Part shown: piece after piece, positions 60,151 through 64,000 of the stretch
Numbering within the stretch: position 1 is the stretch's first letter
Layout: the number at the start of each line of letters is the position of its first letter
NCBI GenBank assembly: GCA_977020255.1
Contig: CDROCS010003502.1
Location: 124,001 to 188,000, forward strand
Direction: 5' to 3'
DNA from: Obrimoposthia wandeli
Lineage: Eukaryota
Length of the DNA stretch: 64,000 bases
The notes under the pieces: generated by a model
What the model saw: only the letters and a program-made list of their open reading frames with translations
Told to the model about the DNA's origin: nothing
The model's database searches: none
Position numbers and translations under genes: made by a program

Positions 60151-63106
60151 TAAAAAATGTTTCAGAGACCTAACGATTCCGTGTCACTTCAAAAGTTGAA
60201 TTTTACAGCGCCCTCAGCAAGAATCGATTCTTAGAGCTCCGTTTATTTTCTGCTAAAAATATCCGATTATTCAGCACGTCATCAATGATTTTTTGTATGC
60301 ACAAACTCGTTCAACTGTCACATACGAAAATCTTCGAAATAAACTACATTTGGTATCGACGTTGAACCATTAAATCGCACTAATTTTATATTTTTTTATC
60401 ATTTTTCTGGATAAACCATTAAGAAATTGATTTTACCTTACTTCTATAAATACAAAACATTTTGTGGCTAGCCATTTTTTTATATTTACTCGTTTGTGAT
60501 GTTGGGATGCTCCTACCTGTTCTGTACCACTATCATCAGTCACAAGTGTATACATATAAAGTACATGCATAAAGTGCATACTTGTCGCTATCTTGAGCAT
60601 GGTACAGTTTCTCATTGTGTGGAGAAGAGATAATGTCCCCTCTTCTTTTATTGGCTTTTCTACATTCTGTTTCCACCAGTCACAGATGAAACTCTGCTCT
60701 AAATGCTCATTTGTCTGAATGTTCTGTTGCATAATACCCAACACAAAACCGGGTCATCCATAAGTCTTACCAAAAATTGGAAAATATTTCAATAATGTTC
60801 TGATTCGAATTTTCATTGCTCTCTTCTGAAAATTCTATGGACGCAATTTGACCTTTTCCTGATGTCAGCTGACTTGTGATTTGTACTTTTGTGGATTTGG
60901 ACCGCTGTTTCCGATTTGTTCCCCATAGCAACCCTCGATTGATAGAAGTATGCCGAAAAAGGAGCGAATCTTGCTTCCAAATGAGATTCAGCTGGAGAAT
61001 GGAGATATTCGGCCGATGACGGAAGGTGAACTGGTCAACAAACAGATCGAGTCTTCAACGAATGAGGTGAGAGGAACATTTTGAAAATTTGTATGCGCTA
61101 CAGTTTCGGGATTTAGTGGAAATTAAATAAAGTCCTAAAGGAGAACATCAGTTCTTCATTATCGATAATAATTAGATTACAAAGAAATTCATCAACTTTA
61201 AATTTACAGCCCAAAAACCTCCAAAAATAACATAAAATAAATTATGTAATTTATAAATGGACAATTCTAACACTGAAACTATTATAAATTAATAATGCAA
61301 AAAATAATTAAAAAATAAATTTTTAATGATTTATAAATAAATATATACTTAGAATATTTCCCTTTATATTCTTGTATGCTTGCTATCCTATTTAAAAATT
61401 GTGAATGTCATGGATTTCTGGCACGTTAACCCGGAAGCGTCACATGTTGCCTTGGACCGACATGACAATTATTTATTTTTGAGTTAGTATTTTATATAGT
61501 TGACAAAATTTGACGATGTAATGTTCTTATATAATGTTTTGTAGTAAAAGAAAGATTTATAATTTTAAGGAATTTCTATAACTTTTTTAATTATAACATG
61601 TGTTAAATTTTATTTTATATATTATTTTGGTAAACCTGATAACAAAGTTGCTTTTTTTCTTCTTCTAAATATTGATGCGGTAGTAAGAAATTACATCTCC
61701 AATTCATCGAAGGAACCTGGACAGCGAAACATATCAGAATTTGTTGCAAACAGAGGTATTAAAAACAGTGAATGAAGATGAGTTATTTGCACCACCACCG
61801 AATGTGTTAAAATGCCCAATGACATCCTTGAAATATATTGGCATAAATATTTTAAATGAGCTCAATCTGATTGAAAATATCTGGAGATTTCTGATGAAAT
61901 GTGGCTGTCAATTTAATACAAATTATGATATAAAGAAGTAAATTATTAAAAAATTGGGCTGTTTTGATAGGAAATGAGGTGTTCAAATTTTCCGAGAACA
62001 TGGATGACAAATTTTTCTTTCATATTATTAAAAAAATGGATTTTCTAAAAAATATAAACCTACATATGCCCAGAGTAACCACGTGGTCACATAAAATACA
62101 CCTATTTTAATTATTGTATTTGGGTAAATGACAGTCCTACATATTATTTATAGTTTTGATATTTTTATATATTTTTAGAGCATTGATGAAATTCAAATGC
62201 AAATGAATATTGGGATTAGTCGGTTAATAAGGAAAAAAATCTATCATTACTTGTTTTCATAATATTTTTAATTATTTTTCTATTTCAAAGATAAGAAATA
62301 AAATTGGAAATTTTGTTAAAATTGATTATTATTATCATACCATTTACCATTATATAATTTGTCTTATAATTTTCTGGTAAAATAGGACATAATGATTTAT
62401 ATACGTATAATTTTCTATTAATCACTTCGCATACTCGTTTTTCATAGAAACCTTACTTTTTATATTTGAATAACCTCTAGAGTATTTGTGAAGAATATCT
62501 GAAACGAGAGCTACAACTTTCTGAATTCATTTCTGACATCAATGGAAATATCAATTCGATTTCTACTTTGAGTCCTCTTTCGTAATCGACAGTAAATTGT
62601 TATGTGTCTTTCTTCCGTGTTTGCAGATTTTTGTGTGGCTTCATTTCCGAATTAGGGTTTTGGGGAAGCTGTTTGTGCTACAAGCTTCTCGCTCAATGCT
62701 GGGAAAATATATGTCAAACACAAGTTCCAGAATGACAATAGGCAATGAAGAAATCGGAAACCATTTTCTGTTTAAGTTTGGTGTCAGAAGAAAAATAATT
62801 TAAAAATGTCGTTAAAATAAGAGTAATTGAAATATAAATCTTAGGCAGTGAGAAATGCATGAGTATTTTAAAAGCAAATCTAGCTAATTAATATTCGTTT
62901 TTTCATTCATTTTTTTAAAATTCACATAAAAAATATTGTTCAAATTCTTTAGCGAAAAAATGTCCATAAATGTTTTTCTATTTTTGTGCAAATTATTTTT
63001 CTTCGATTTTTTTGCATCTTAACCTACAGTGCAGTTTTGAGAAAGGAATCGCATATTTTAACTTCTATTGCCGTTTTATGCGTTATTTTATTTAATTATT
63101 CTAAAT

Positions 63107-63900
63107 CAGGGGTGGGCAAACATTTCAGTTCAAGGGCCACATTCAGAAATTTCAAAAATTTAAAGGGCCGCATAGTATATTTAGTTAAAATGAAATAAAA
63201 AGGTTTCTAAAGAAAAAAATATAATTTTTTTTTATTAATATTTTAAAGTAGAAACTTCACATGAAGCACATTTATTTGAAAAACAAAGTAACTCAATAAG
63301 TAACAGAACAATGTCAATGAGAATGATGCATCTGACTGCAGTCTTTTACCAGTTTGTTAAAATCAGGTGTCAAGTTGGTTGTGCTGATCCTTAACACTGA
63401 CTGAAGATTTGAATCGGTGAGAAGAGATCTGTTCTTTGACTTGTTAACTTTCATTATAGAGAAAGTCTGCTCACAAATGTAAGTTGATGCAAACAACACA
63501 AACATCTTTCTTGCAAATTTCTTCAGAGTTTGAAATTTTTCTGAGGACAGAGATGCATAAAACTCGACCAGTGTTTTACTTTCAAACAGAATCTAAATGA
63601 TCATCAGCATTTTAATTATAAATATCCATTGTCCCTGAAAAATCTTTTAAAAAATCCAATTATTTTATTGTAATGCTAAAATAACCATGAAAAAGTGATT
63701 AAAACTTTGTACAGAATCGTTTAGATTTACTGTAGCATATATCGGTGTCGGTTTTAATTTAGTCGTTTATTAATAAAACATTTGCGAGAAGAAAATAATC
63801 TGTTAATTGACTTTCAATTCGATATAGATTCACCTTAAATTTTTAATCAAAATAATTTTTGCGATGTAGTTATTTTAAAGAGTTTCTAATTCCTATAAAT
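63107..63900 (-). mobile_element. 3' end of a hAT (SPIN/Buster-like) transposon
   Basis: Terminus CAGGGGTGGGCAAA preceded by ttctaaat (hAT-type target); FASTYICEQTFSIMKVNKSKNRSLLTD..L...LRIST dimerisation-domain motif at 63314-63505. Confidence 0.85.
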
Positions 63901-64000
63901 AAAATTGACAAAACTTTTTTTTCTGCAACATTTACAGTTCTTTTTACAATAGAATTTTGACTTCATTTTAAAAACGACACATACAGTCAAATATTGGAGT

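Noticed and set aside
60433-61100. piggyBac- or Mutator-like transposase remnant
   Set aside because: Only a vague KKW..K.F motif; no termini or catalytic motifs.

Overview
AT-rich eukaryotic (animal-like) genomic DNA with ~40-nt mini-introns and dense mobile-element debris. One intact host gene is supported: a 9-exon CDK20/CCRK kinase on the minus strand (32547->19638, 348 aa). The dominant feature is a complete-ended Polinton/Maverick virus-like element at 43463-58027, with AG...CT termini, a 6-bp TATAAT target duplication and ~570-670-bp TIRs. It encodes integrase, packaging ATPase, major and minor capsid proteins, an adenain protease and a disabled protein-primed DNA polymerase. Its accessory content is unusual. 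It carries a spliced TBP-like (TATA-binding protein fold) gene, and a non-canonical TATAAACAA(T/A) box sits 31-46 nt upstream of most of its minus-strand genes and 29 nt upstream of a ~57-nt structured motif in each TIR. It also has a BIR-RING IAP, a ubiquitin-like LRGG domain at the polymerase N-terminus, ~170-nt terminal palindromes and four host-sized mini-introns. My main hypothesis (inference, untested) is that the element encodes its own TBP paralogue that reads its own promoter code in an early/late cascade, including a TIR-encoded small RNA. The rest of the window holds relics of Helitron, Ginger2/TDD, Ty3/gypsy, BEL/Pao, NeSL-like and L2-like retroelements, hAT, pogo and Tc1 elements, and a second, older Polinton polB fragment. 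All calls come from reading motifs by eye; no database searches were run, so novelty is unverified.
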